Positions 53,598-62,719 of a DNA stretch of 64,000 bases are shown piece after piece. The notes below the pieces were generated by a model. It ran no database searches. It worked only from the letters and a program-made list of their open reading frames with translations, and was not told the DNA's origin. A program made the position numbers and the translations under genes. How positions within the stretch are numbered: position 1 is the first letter of the stretch; the number at the start of each line of letters is the position of its first letter. Source of the stretch: Dehalococcoidia bacterium. GTDB lineage: Bacteria; Chloroflexota; Dehalococcoidia; Lucifugimonadales; Australimonadaceae. The DNA lies in assembly GCA_034422795.1 (NCBI GenBank), contig DAOUJK010000006.1, positions 1,662-65,661 on the forward strand, read 5' to 3'.

Positions 53598-55121
53598 ATG
53601 ACTACGCAACCCGCTCCCGTGACCGACAACTCCATACCGCTTGACGTCCTCTCGCCGCAGGACGCCGCCTACCTCGCGCGCCTCACCCACGCCCTCCGCT
53701 GCGGCGTACCCGGCTGCGAGTGTGCAGACGGCCCCATGGTCCACTGCCCCTCCCACAGCCACGCCGAGGTCCCCACCCTCACCATCGCCTGGGACGAACG
53801 CCGCGAATGTCTCTCCTTCCAGTGCCTCGTCTGTCCCCCGTTCCGCATCTTGGACGCCCTCGCGAAGCGCGGCCTCGCGCCCGAAGGGGAGTTCTACAAC
53901 TCCGGCGCCGCGCAGGCGGCAGGACTCCAGCCCTTCAGGTTCCTCATCCAGCAGCCGCAGGACTGGCTCTGGCCCAACCGCATCCCCATCGGCAAACTCA
54001 CCCTCATCGCCGGCTACCCCTCCTCCGGCAAGACCTCCATCGCCCTGGACATCGCCGCCCGCGTCTCACGCGGCGCAGCCGCCCCCGATCAGCCCGACGC
54101 CGCGTTCCCCTCCGCGCCCGTCGTCCTCGCCCTGCTCGACGACAACCCAAAGGCCGACGTCCTCCCCATCCTCCGCCTCTTCGGCGCGGATCTCGACCGC
54201 GTCTACCTCGCAGACCTCCTCTCCCCCACGCACCCCGCCGACTACTACCCCGACGACCCGCCCGACGACGATGACGACGGCCCGTACTCCTTCGAAGACG
54301 ACGACGATGAGGACGACGATGACGTCGAGTACCTGTTCGACAACGACGGCAACGAGATAACTGTTCCCCGCCGCAAGCCGGTCGGCGTGAAGGCCCCTGT
54401 TCGGGACCCGTTCTGGACGCCCGCCACCTCCGGCTCGAAACTCACCGCGCCCTGGCCCCGCCTTGACAAGGTCATGGGGCGGCTCGCCAACTACCTTGCC
54501 GAGGGGAAGGCCGCCCTCCTCGTCGTCGACCAGGTCGAAGACCTCGCCGCCATGCACCGCACCCACGTCGCCACCGTCCTCGGCATGCTCAAGGCCCTCG
54601 CCGCGCGCTCGGGCGCTGCCGTCGTCGCCCTCGCCCACAACCCCGCGCAGAACTACCCCCGCGCCGTCACCGCCATGCAGAACCGCCTGCCCCTTGCCTC
54701 CGTCGTCTTCACCACCGCCGTCGTCGGCCCCGGCAACCGCCGTTTCCTCGTACCCCTCCGCCCCGCCATGAGCGACGACGCCCCCGCCATCCCCTTCGTC
54801 CTGCCCCCGCAGGACGCCGTCGCCGTCGCCTGGCGCAAACCCATCCTCCCCGTCCACTTGGACGCCCTCGCCAAGCCCCGCCCCAACGACGGAGCAAAGG
54901 TCCGCGCCGCCCAGTCGCTCCTCGTGCGCGCCCTCGCGGGCGGCCCCCGCCCCGCCGCCGAGATCGAGCGCGAGGCTGCCCTCTTGGGCGTCTCTAGGGC
55001 TACTCTGGTCCGCGCCCGTGCGCTCTGCAAGGTCAGTACCTTCCGCGTCAGCACGCCCGGGGTCCCCAGCGGCGCCGGTGCATGGCACTGGTCGTTGCCC
55101 GCGGAAGTTGTGAACGAATGA
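53598..55121 (+). CDS. RepA-like AAA_25 P-loop ATPase with N-terminal CHC2-like zinc finger and poly-Asp insert
   Basis: [16 protein letters not shown]...FQCLVCPP is zinc-finger-like. Walker [43 protein letters not shown] insert. C-terminal HTH-like [18 protein letters not shown] at 53598; the ORF extension to 53118 overlaps the previous gene. Confidence 0.8.
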   Translation: MTTQPAPVTDNSIPLDVLSPQDAAYLARLTHALRCGVPGCECADGPMVHCPSHSHAEVPTLTIAWDERRECLSFQCLVCPPFRILDALAKRGLAPEGEFYNSGAAQAAGLQPFRFLIQQPQDWLWPNRIPIGKLTLIAGYPSSGKTSIALDIAARVSRGAAAPDQPDAAFPSAPVVLALLDDNPKADVLPILRLFGADLDRVYLADLLSPTHPADYYPDDPPDDDDDGPYSFEDDDDEDDDDVEYLFDNDGNEITVPRRKPVGVKAPVRDPFWTPATSGSKLTAPWPRLDKVMGRLANYLAEGKAALLVVDQVEDLAAMHRTHVATVLGMLKALAARSGAAVVALAHNPAQNYPRAVTAMQNRLPLASVVFTTAVVGPGNRRFLVPLRPAMSDDAPAIPFVLPPQDAVAVAWRKPILPVHLDALAKPRPNDGAKVRAAQSLLVRALAGGPRPAAEIEREAALLGVSRATLVRARALCKVSTFRVSTPGVPSGAGAWHWSLPAEVVNE

Positions 55122-55228
55122 GATGGTTGTTGCCTTGCTGCCCGGAAGCAGGCCGTGGCCTTGGAAACACCCTTCACAAGGAGAACAAGGATGTCAGAAT
55201 GGACTTCCCCGTCACTCGTGAAATTCGG

Positions 55229-55269
55229 GAACAAGGAGCTCAACGCAGCCCCCCGTTGAGTCCTTGTTC
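55229..55269 (+). promoter_or_regulatory. strong stem-loop (16 bp, one bulge) downstream of the AAA_25 gene and upstream of coxS; no U-tract
   Basis: gaacaagga-g-ctcaacg / cagccccc loop / cgttgag-tccttgttc. Confidence 0.4.
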
Positions 55270-55408
55270 GGAAGCGCCCCACTCCCGCCGATTGACAAAC
55301 CCGTCCTGTCAGATACCCTTCCCGCGCAAGGCGCACGCGTGTGCAGGGCGCAACGGCGCACGCGGCAATCCCCAAGCGCGACCTGACGGTCGAGGGAGGA
55401 GGTCGACT

Positions 55409-55882
55409 GTGGCAATTCCTGTCGAGATCATCATCAACGGGAAGGCCCGCGCCGGAGAGGTGGAGGAGCGGCAGTTGCTCGTCCACTTCATCCGGGAGAA
55501 CGCCGGGCTGACCGGAACGAAAGTGGGGTGCGACACCAGCCAGTGCGGCACGTGCACCGTGCAGCTCGACGGCGTCTCCGCCAAGGCGTGCACGGTGCTC
55601 ACCGTGCAGGCATCCGGCTCCTCGGTCACGACGATCGAGGGCATCTCCGACGGCGTGGACCTGCACCCGCTGCAGGAGGCGTTCTGGAACAACCACGGGC
55701 TGCAGTGCGGCTTCTGCACGCCGGGCATGATCATGGCGGCGAGCGAGTTGCTTCGCAAGAACCCGTCCCCCACGCGGGAAGAGATACGCCACGGGTTGGA
55801 AGGGAACATCTGCCGCTGCACCGGCTATCAGAACATCGTCAGCGCCGTCGAGGACGCCGCGAAGTCGATGGGAGGGAGGTAA
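55409..55882 (+). CDS. coxS: aerobic-type CO dehydrogenase/xanthine dehydrogenase family small subunit, [2Fe-2S]
   Basis: GTG start after [21 protein letters not shown] and CGFCTPGMI...CRCTGY iron-sulfur motifs. Confidence 0.92.
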   Translation: MAIPVEIIINGKARAGEVEERQLLVHFIRENAGLTGTKVGCDTSQCGTCTVQLDGVSAKACTVLTVQASGSSVTTIEGISDGVDLHPLQEAFWNNHGLQCGFCTPGMIMAASELLRKNPSPTREEIRHGLEGNICRCTGYQNIVSAVEDAAKSMGGR

Positions 55883-55885
55883 GCC

Positions 55886-58240
55886 ATGACCACACGGATA
55901 TTCGGTTCCGGCATCCGCCGTCGTGAGGACCCACGGCTCATCACAGGCCGCGCGTCCTACACCGACGACATCAAGCTGCCGGGGACGCTCCACGCGGCGA
56001 TCCTCCGCAGCCCTTACGCTCACGCGAACATCAAGTCGGTCGACGCCAGCGGAGCGGCATCGCAACCCGGCGTCGTCGCCGTCTACACCGGCGCGGACAC
56101 GGACGGTGTGCTGAACCCGCTCCCCTGCGCGTGGCTGATCCCCGGCTCCGACCTGAAGACCCCTGCCCACCCGCCCGTCGCGAAGGACAAGGTCCGCTAC
56201 GTCGGCGACGCCGTCGCGGTGGTCGTTGCGGAGTCGCGGTACCAGGCGGAGGACGCGCTGGAGCAGATCGCGGTCGACTACGAGCCGCTGGACGTCGTCA
56301 TCAACCCGAAGGCTGCGGCACAGGACGGCGCGCCGCAGATCCACGACGACGTTCCGAACAACATCGCCTTCACATGGGCGGTCGCCGGCGGCGACGCGGA
56401 CGCGGCCTTCGCAGACGCGGCGGTCACCGTCAGCGACACCATCACGCTCCAGCGGCTCATCGCGAACCCGATGGAGCCGCGCTCGGCGCTCGCCCAGTGG
56501 AGCGCGGCGACCGGCGAGCTGACGCTCTGGAACACGTCGCAGAACCCGCATATCGCGCGGTTCCTCACCTGCGTGGTGACCGGCGTGCCGGAGCACAAGA
56601 TACGCGTCATCGCGCCCGAGGTCGGCGGCGGGTTCGGGAGCAAGATCCCGTACTACGCGGACGAGGCCATCACTGCGTTCTGCTCGATGAAGCTGGGCGT
56701 CCCGGTGAAGTGGACGGAGACGCGCAGCGAGAATTACCTCATCACCACGCAGGGCCGCGACCACATCGAAGAGGTGGAGATGGCCGCCACCAGCGACGGC
56801 GTCATCACCGGCCTCCGCACCACCGTCTACGCGGGCCTGGGCGGCTACCTCTCGACCGCGAGCCCCGGCATCCCCACCATCCTGCACGGGCTGATGTACT
56901 CCGGCCCGTACAACATCCCCAACATCAGCGGGACGGTCTACGGCGTGTTCAACAACGGCTGTCCGGTGGACGCCTACCGCGGCGCCGGACGCCCGGAGGC
57001 GACGACGCTCCTGGAGCGCCTGGTGGACCTGGTCGCCGCCGCGGTCGGACAGGACCCGGCGGAGGTGCGCCGCAAGAACCTCATCCCGAAGTTCGAGAAC
57101 GGCCACGACGTGGCCACCGGCATCACCTACGATAGCGGCGACTACGAGTCCGCGTTGGACTCCTGCCTGAGCGCGGCGGGCTACGAGGCGCTGCGCGCTG
57201 AGCAGGCCCAGGCGCGGGCGGAGGGCCGCTGCGTCGGCATCGGCGTCTCCTCCTACGTCGAGATATGCGGCCTCGGCCCATCGCAGGTTGCCGGCGCCGT
57301 CGGCTTCCAGGGCGGACTGTGGGAGAGCGCTATCATCCGCTTCTACCCCACGGGCAAGGTTAACGTCATGGTCGGCTCATCGCCGCACGGACAGGGTGAA
57401 GAGACCACGTTCGCCCAGATCGTCGCGGGCGAGGTCGGCGTGGACGTGGACGACGTGGAGGTGCTCCACGGCGACACGGACAACACCCCGATGGGATGGG
57501 GCACGTACGGCAGCCGCACGACGGCGGTGTCCGGCGCGGCGATCGCGGTGGCCGCGCGCAAGATCAAGGAGAAGTCGCGGGCGCTCGCAGCGCACCTGCT
57601 CGAAGCCGCGCCCGAGGACATCGAGTACGAGGACGGACGCTTCTTCGTGCGTGGGTCGCCCGACCAGCACAAGACGATCCAGGACATCGCGCTCATGGCC
57701 AACGTCGCCTGGAACATGCCTGAGGGCATGGAGCCGGGGCTGGAGGCGAGCGCGTTCTACGACCCGCCCAACTTCACCTACCCGTTCGGCGCACACGTCG
57801 CCGTCGTGGAGGTGGACCCGGAGACGGGCCACATCGACCTGCAGCGCTACGTTGCAGTGGACGACTGCGGCGTGCAGATCAACCCGATGATCGTGGAGGG
57901 GCAGGTGCACGGCGGCGTCGTACAGGGCGTCGGGCCGGCGCTCTGGGAAGGCGCGGTCTACGACGACGACGGTCAGCTCGTGACGGGCTCGATGCTCGAC
58001 TACGCGCTGCCCCGCGCGGACCTGCTGCCGGAGATCGAGGTCCACTCCAACACGACGCCGTCGCCGCACCACCCGCTGGGCGTGAAGGGCATCGGCGAGG
58101 CCGGCACCATCGCGTCCACGCCCACCGTCTACAACGCGGTGATGGACGCGCTGCGCCCGCTGGGCGTTACCCGCGTGGACATGCCGTTGACGCCGGAGAA
58201 GGTCTGGCGCGCGATCAACGACGCACGGAACGGAGGCTAG
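55886..58240 (+). CDS. coxL: molybdopterin-binding large subunit, CoxL-like (form II type, AYRGAGR motif)
   Basis: Aldehyde oxidase/xanthine dehydrogenase a/b hammerhead and Mo-binding domains. Active-site loop VDAYRGAGRPEAT rather than the form-I VAYRCSFR. Confidence 0.92.
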   Translation: MTTRIFGSGIRRREDPRLITGRASYTDDIKLPGTLHAAILRSPYAHANIKSVDASGAASQPGVVAVYTGADTDGVLNPLPCAWLIPGSDLKTPAHPPVAKDKVRYVGDAVAVVVAESRYQAEDALEQIAVDYEPLDVVINPKAAAQDGAPQIHDDVPNNIAFTWAVAGGDADAAFADAAVTVSDTITLQRLIANPMEPRSALAQWSAATGELTLWNTSQNPHIARFLTCVVTGVPEHKIRVIAPEVGGGFGSKIPYYADEAITAFCSMKLGVPVKWTETRSENYLITTQGRDHIEEVEMAATSDGVITGLRTTVYAGLGGYLSTASPGIPTILHGLMYSGPYNIPNISGTVYGVFNNGCPVDAYRGAGRPEATTLLERLVDLVAAAVGQDPAEVRRKNLIPKFENGHDVATGITYDSGDYESALDSCLSAAGYEALRAEQAQARAEGRCVGIGVSSYVEICGLGPSQVAGAVGFQGGLWESAIIRFYPTGKVNVMVGSSPHGQGEETTFAQIVAGEVGVDVDDVEVLHGDTDNTPMGWGTYGSRTTAVSGAAIAVAARKIKEKSRALAAHLLEAAPEDIEYEDGRFFVRGSPDQHKTIQDIALMANVAWNMPEGMEPGLEASAFYDPPNFTYPFGAHVAVVEVDPETGHIDLQRYVAVDDCGVQINPMIVEGQVHGGVVQGVGPALWEGAVYDDDGQLVTGSMLDYALPRADLLPEIEVHSNTTPSPHHPLGVKGIGEAGTIASTPTVYNAVMDALRPLGVTRVDMPLTPEKVWRAINDARNGG

Positions 58241-58243
58241 GCC

Positions 58244-59110
58244 ATGTTTCCAGCACAGTTCACCTATCACCGCGCAGGCTCGGTAGCCGAAGCGGTGCAA
58301 CTGCTCTCCAACAACGAGGGCGCAAAGATACTGGCGGGCGGGCATAGCCTCCTCCCGCTGATGAAGCTGCGGCTCGCGGCGCCCGCCGTCCTCGTGGACA
58401 TCGGACGCATCGAGGCGCTCAAGGGCATCTCCGCGAGCGGCGGCGGCATCACCATCGGCGCGCTGACGACGCACGCTGAGATCGCCTCGTCCGACCTCGT
58501 CCGGCAGCACGCCCCGGTGCTCGCCGAGGCAGCCGCGCTCGTCGGCGACCCGGCGGTGCGCAACCGGGGCACCATCGGCGGCAGCGTCTCCCACGCCGAC
58601 CCGGCGTCGGACCAGCCGACCGTGCTCACGGCGCTGGGCGCGACGTTCAACGTAACGGGGCCGGGCGGCGACCGCGGCATCGCCGCGGCGGACTTCGCCA
58701 CCGGCCTGCTGGAGAACGCGCTGAACGACAACGAAGTGCTGACGAGCATCTCGGTGCCGTCGGTCCCGTCCGGCGCGGGCTCGGCGTACGTCAAGTTCTC
58801 GCACCCGGCGTCCCGCTACGCCGTGGTCGGCGCTGCCGCCATCCTGGCGGTGAGCGGCGGGACGTGCTCGTCGGCGAGCGTTGCGGTCGGGGGCATCGAG
58901 ACGACGCCCGCACGGGCATCGTCCGTCGAGGCGGCGCTGGCGGGTTCCGACCTGAGCGAGGCGGCGCTGGACGCCGCTGCCGCGGCAGTCGGGGGCGACT
59001 TGAACGGCGACCCGATGGGCGACGTGTTCGCTTCCGCCGAGTACCGCAGGGCTATGGCGTCGGTCTACGTGCGCCGGGCGCTCGGCGCCGCAGCGTCCAG
59101 GGCGGGCTGA
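58244..59110 (+). CDS. coxM: FAD-binding medium subunit (CoxM-like)
   Basis: ILAGGHSLLPLMKLR and RNRGTIGGS FAD-binding motifs. Confidence 0.9.
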   Translation: MFPAQFTYHRAGSVAEAVQLLSNNEGAKILAGGHSLLPLMKLRLAAPAVLVDIGRIEALKGISASGGGITIGALTTHAEIASSDLVRQHAPVLAEAAALVGDPAVRNRGTIGGSVSHADPASDQPTVLTALGATFNVTGPGGDRGIAAADFATGLLENALNDNEVLTSISVPSVPSGAGSAYVKFSHPASRYAVVGAAAILAVSGGTCSSASVAVGGIETTPARASSVEAALAGSDLSEAALDAAAAAVGGDLNGDPMGDVFASAEYRRAMASVYVRRALGAAASRAG

Positions 59111-59136
59111 CCGCCCCGCTCTAGGGCGAGGGGCGA

Positions 59137-59192
59137 CCCTCACCCGCCGCGCAAGCGCGTCGACCTCTCCCATGGGGAGAGGCGAGAGGGTC
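59137..59192. repeat. dispersed repeat (ctcacccgccgcgc...gacctctccc..gagagg family)
   Basis: ccctcacccgccgcgcaagcgcgtcgacctctcccatggggagaggcgagagggtc. Related to 1919-1970 and 2085-2140. Confidence 0.7.
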
Positions 59193-59230
59193 CTGCCTGC
59201 ACCAGCATCCCCGCACCAGAGGAGAGAGGA

Positions 59231-60169
59231 TTGGACGAAACGCGCACCGGCCCCGTACCAGCTTCTGTCGACGAGCTGCAGCAGGCGCTTCGCGGCGAGA
59301 TGTACGTCGCCGACCGGGCGCTGGCGATGTCGGTCTACCTCGCGCTGACGCTGAAGCGCCCGCTGTTCCTCGAGGGCGAGGCGGGCGTCGGCAAGACGGA
59401 GGTCGCGAAGGTGCTGGCGTCGGCGCTGGGCGCGCGCCTCATCCGGCTCCAGTGCTACGAGGGGCTGGACGTGAGCCAGGCCGTCTACGAGTGGAACTAC
59501 TCCCGCCAATTGCTGCACATCCGGCTGCTGGAGGCGTCCGGCAACGTCGACCGCACGGCGGCGGAGCGCGAGCTGTTCAGCGAAGAGTTCCTCATCAAGC
59601 GGCCGCTGCTGCAGGCGCTCGACGGGAGCGAGGGTCCCGTGGTGCTCCTGATAGACGAGCTGGACCGGGCCGACGAGGAGTTCGAGGGCTACCTGCTGGA
59701 GATGCTCTCCGACTTCCAGATCACGATACCGGAGGTCGGCACGTACACGGCGGACGAGCCGCCGGTCGTCGTCATCACGTCGAACCGGACGCGCGAGATA
59801 CACGACGCGCTCAAACGCCGCTGCCTCTACTACTGGATCGACTACCCCGACCTCGACAAGGAGACGCAGATCGTCCGGAGCAAGGTGCCGCAGGCGTCGC
59901 AGCGGCTCGCGGGACAGGTCGCCGCGTTCGTCCAGGAGCTGCGCGGCACCGAGCTGTACAAGGTGCCCGGAGTCGCGGAGACGCTCGACTGGACGGCGGC
60001 GCTCGTGAGCCTCAACGAGACCGAGCTGAGCGCGGACGTGATAGACGACACGCTCGGCATCATGCTGAAGTACCGGGAGGACGTGCAGACGGTGCGCGGC
60101 GAACAGACGCGTGCGCTGCTGAACCGCGCGATGCACCGCGGCACGCAGCGCGGGGGCAGGCGTGGCTGA
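59231..60169 (+). CDS. coxD: MoxR-like AAA+ ATPase (CoxD-like)
   Basis: Walker A LEGEAGVGKTEVAKVLA, Walker B VLLIDELDRADEE. TTG start directly after GGAGAGAGGA. Confidence 0.88.
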   Translation: MDETRTGPVPASVDELQQALRGEMYVADRALAMSVYLALTLKRPLFLEGEAGVGKTEVAKVLASALGARLIRLQCYEGLDVSQAVYEWNYSRQLLHIRLLEASGNVDRTAAERELFSEEFLIKRPLLQALDGSEGPVVLLIDELDRADEEFEGYLLEMLSDFQITIPEVGTYTADEPPVVVITSNRTREIHDALKRRCLYYWIDYPDLDKETQIVRSKVPQASQRLAGQVAAFVQELRGTELYKVPGVAETLDWTAALVSLNETELSADVIDDTLGIMLKYREDVQTVRGEQTRALLNRAMHRGTQRGGRRG

Positions 60170-60193
60170 CCCCGGCGAAGCCCCCTTGTTGTC

Positions 60194-61531
60194 ATGCTGA
60201 GCGAAGCCGAAGCATCTCTCGGGGAGGACGGCTACATCCTCGGCAACCTCCTCCTCTTCGGACGGCTGCTCCGGCGGCTCGGCCTCGACGTGCACGTCGG
60301 GCGGATGCTGGACGCCGTCCGCGTGCTGGAGGACATCGGCCTCGAACGCAAGGGCGACGTCCGCGCGGCGCTGCGCACGCTGCTCGTGCACCGCAGGGAC
60401 GACCTCCCGCTGTTCGACGAGGCGTTCGACGTCTTCTGGCGTCAGCGCAAGGACAGCACCTCGACGATGGACCTGCGCTCGATGGGCGAGCAGCGCCGCT
60501 ACCGCAGGCCGTCCGCCGGGCCGCCCGCACCGGGAAGGGAGCCGGACGATTCAGCTGAGCCCGCCGACCCGGACGAGAGCTTCGACCGCGTCGACCTCAC
60601 CCGCACGTTCAGCGCGCGGGAGGTGCTGCGGACGCGGGACTTCGCGGAGTTCACGCCGGAGGAGATGCTGGAGGCACGGCAGTTGATGGCGTCGCTCCGG
60701 TGGGACCCCGGTCTCCGGCGCACGCGGCGCAAGGAGGCGGGGCGAGGGCCGGGGCTGGACGTGCGCCGGACGTTGCGCCACAACGCGCGGTACGGCGGCG
60801 AACTCGTACGGCTGGAGACGCGCCGCCGCAAGGAGAAGCCCCGCAGGCTGGTGGTGGTCTGCGACGTGAGCGGCTCCATGGAGCGCTACACGCGGATGCT
60901 GCTGCACTTCATCCACAGCCTCTACGCGGGGCTGGACAACCGCATCGAGGCGTTCCTGTTCGCCACGCGGCTCACCCGCATCACGAAGCACCTGGGCCAA
61001 CGCGACATCGACCGCGCCGTCTCGGAGGTCGCGAAGGCTGTGCCGGACTGGTCGGGCGGCACCCGCATCGGCGACGTGCTCAAGGAGTTCAACTTCCGCT
61101 GGGCGCGGCGCACGCTGGGCTGGGGCTCCATCGTGCTCATCGTGTCGGACGGCTGGGACCGCGGCGAACCGGAGCTGCTGGGCCGCGAGATGGCGCGGCT
61201 GCAGCGCAGCTGCAACCGGCTGATATGGCTGAACCCGCTGGCAGGCAACGAAGACTACGAGCCGCTGACGGTGGGGATGCGGGCCGCCGCGCCGTACATC
61301 GACGACCTCCTGCCGGTGAACAACCTCGCAGCACTGTTCGATCTCGCAGAGCACCTGAACGGCCTGTCGCAAGGCCGCCCGGTGCGCCGCCAGCACACGT
61401 CGCGCCCTGCCGAGGAGGAAGCGCCGGTTGCCGCTGCCCCGTCGCCTCAGCAGCGCTCATGGCACGCGGATGCGAACCCCACGTTCCGGCATCCGATGTG
61501 GGGGAAGGGCGAGCCGGGGAACGGGGCGTAG
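60194..61531 (+). CDS. coxE: VWA domain-containing CoxE-like protein
   Basis: VVVCDVSGSMERY MIDAS motif, VLIVSDGWDRG, WLNPL. Follows the MoxR ATPase as in cox clusters. The start lies inside a dispersed repeat copy, so the N-terminus is uncertain. Confidence 0.85.
   Translation: MLSEAEASLGEDGYILGNLLLFGRLLRRLGLDVHVGRMLDAVRVLEDIGLERKGDVRAALRTLLVHRRDDLPLFDEAFDVFWRQRKDSTSTMDLRSMGEQRRYRRPSAGPPAPGREPDDSAEPADPDESFDRVDLTRTFSAREVLRTRDFAEFTPEEMLEARQLMASLRWDPGLRRTRRKEAGRGPGLDVRRTLRHNARYGGELVRLETRRRKEKPRRLVVVCDVSGSMERYTRMLLHFIHSLYAGLDNRIEAFLFATRLTRITKHLGQRDIDRAVSEVAKAVPDWSGGTRIGDVLKEFNFRWARRTLGWGSIVLIVSDGWDRGEPELLGREMARLQRSCNRLIWLNPLAGNEDYEPLTVGMRAAAPYIDDLLPVNNLAALFDLAEHLNGLSQGRPVRRQHTSRPAEEEAPVAAAPSPQQRSWHADANPTFRHPMWGKGEPGNGA
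61472..61528. repeat. copy A of a ~57-bp direct repeat (3' end of coxE)
   Basis: acgttccggcatccgatgtggggg (61481-61504) is identical to 62118-62141. The flanks gcgaac... and gcgagcc.gggaacgg are also shared. Confidence 0.85.
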
Positions 61532-61534
61532 GTT

Positions 61535-61762
61535 CTACCGGCCAACTATCCTGTCGTATTCAGCATGGGTGCCGACCCACACCCAGATAAAGTCGCCTCC
61601 CTCCTCCACTGCAAGGGCACGATAGGAGCGGCCGACTCTTGCCGACCAGAGACTGCCGACCTTATTGAAACGGAGGGATGGGTGGCCCGGATTCTCTTTG
61701 AGAAGACTGAAGTTCCGTCTTGCAGTCCTCTGCGCTCCTTCAGGCAGCCGGTCAAAGTGCAA
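61535..61762 (-). CDS. RelE/ParE-superfamily toxin (start codon unclear)
   Basis: ...FSLLKENPGHPSLRFNKVGSLWSARVGRSYRALAVEEGGDFIWVWVGTHAEYDRIV matches the RelE/ParE-like pattern. No ATG or GTG lies near the antitoxin stop; TTG at 61762 is the best candidate. Confidence 0.6.
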   Translation of the reverse strand: MHFDRLPEGAQRTARRNFSLLKENPGHPSLRFNKVGSLWSARVGRSYRALAVEEGGDFIWVWVGTHAEYDRIVGR

Positions 61763-61788
61763 CCAGAAGTCAAGCGTGGTGCCGTGCG

Positions 61789-61989
61789 CTACAGGTCTTC
61801 CAGTGTGCCCTGTCCTTTGGCTTCCCTGACCTGAGACAAGAGAAAGTCCAGCTTGCCCGCGTCTGAATCCGCCTCGATCTGCCGGTCCCACTGTTCCCAG
61901 TCGTACTCGTCGAGCCAGCGCATCAACTCGGCGTAGTCGGACTTGGTGAGGCTTACGATCGCCTGCTGGATCTCGGTTAGGCTTGACAT
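61789..61989 (-). CDS. putative antitoxin (addiction-module component)
   Basis: 66-aa acidic helical protein immediately upstream of, and overlapping the frame of, the RelE/ParE-like ORF. Confidence 0.6.
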   Translation of the reverse strand: MSSLTEIQQAIVSLTKSDYAELMRWLDEYDWEQWDRQIEADSDAGKLDFLLSQVREAKGQGTLEDL

Positions 61990-62102
61990 GGCTCACGCTC
62001 CCCTGCACCGGAAGTGGTAACCGCTTCGCAACGCTCCACCCATGCTCTTCACGTTAAGCGCTCCCGCCAAGCTTGACAACTACCGGATGGCGGTCGTGGC
62101 GC

Positions 62103-62165
62103 GCGAACGCGGACCCTACGTTCCGGCATCCGATGTGGGGGTCGCAGCGAGCCAGGGAACGGCGG
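62103..62165. repeat. copy B of the ~57-bp direct repeat
   Basis: gcgaacgcggaccctacgttccggcatccgatgtgggggtcgcagcgagccagggaacggcggg. In the coxE-equivalent frame it encodes ...DPTFRHPMWG... Confidence 0.85.
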
Positions 62166-62233
62166 GTGAATAGCACCGCGCCGCTACGCATCGGCCAAGC
62201 GGTTTCTGATATGATTCTGTCAGGAGAGCCGCG

Positions 62234-62719
62234 ATGGTGAGCGGGATCGAAGAACCCATCAGCGCCGACGCCACCCCGGACGAGCGGCGCGCCAAACACG
62301 TTGCCCGCGTGGACGGACTGCTCGCCCACGCGGAAACGCTGCTGCGCAAGAACCCCATGACCGGCGCCGACAGGCTGCAGGTGTCCGAGAAGATATGGGG
62401 GTCGGTCACGCACACGCTGAAGGCGATCGCCGCCGCGAGGGGTTGGGTCTTTCACACGGCGCGCGCGACTGACTCCATGAGGGCGTATCTTAGGAATCAG
62501 TCGGGGGACAGGCGGATCAACGAACTGTTCGGGTACGTCCGTTCACTCCACGAGAACTTCTACCAGGACCGTTACGGTAAGCAGTACCTCCGCGACGGAG
62601 TTGCCGCTGCCCGCGAGCTCAACCAGCGATTGTGGGCGGCGGCGGACTCGATCCCGCCGGACGCTGAGCCGCCGAACGGGCTGGTCCCGATCGAACAGCA
62701 TCCTCACGCCGAGGGGTAA
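62234..62719 (+). CDS. helical protein resembling the PaREP1 family (tentative)
   Basis: CAGGAGAG RBS. ...QVSEKIWGSVTHTLKAIAAARGW...SLHENFYQD... resembles the PaREP1 ASEKxWGA...KA.A...G...LHxNFY pattern. Confidence 0.55.
   Translation: MVSGIEEPISADATPDERRAKHVARVDGLLAHAETLLRKNPMTGADRLQVSEKIWGSVTHTLKAIAAARGWVFHTARATDSMRAYLRNQSGDRRINELFGYVRSLHENFYQDRYGKQYLRDGVAAARELNQRLWAAADSIPPDAEPPNGLVPIEQHPHAEG

Larger units (their letters stand above)
51600..55121. mobile_element. putative island 2 / integrative-element remnant between coxG and coxS
   Basis: 51.7-53.4 kb is about 43-48% GC against ~68%. The next gene encodes a zinc-finger + AAA_25 RepA-like ATPase typical of plasmids and integrative elements. 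No integrase or att sites identified. Confidence 0.4.

Noticed and set aside
55191-55259. 22-codon mini-[25 protein letters not shown] with an AAGGAG-like RBS. Its W-x-x-P-x-L-x3-G pattern resembles RiPP (lasso/PqqA-type) leader peptides recognised by PqqD-like domains.
   Set aside because: There is no core peptide after the leader-like part (the stop follows immediately). No cyclase, rSAM or PqqD-like genes are nearby. The ORF largely coincides with a strong stem-loop (55229-55269), which is the more economical explanation. Worth only a cheap check by searching for homologous mini-ORFs.
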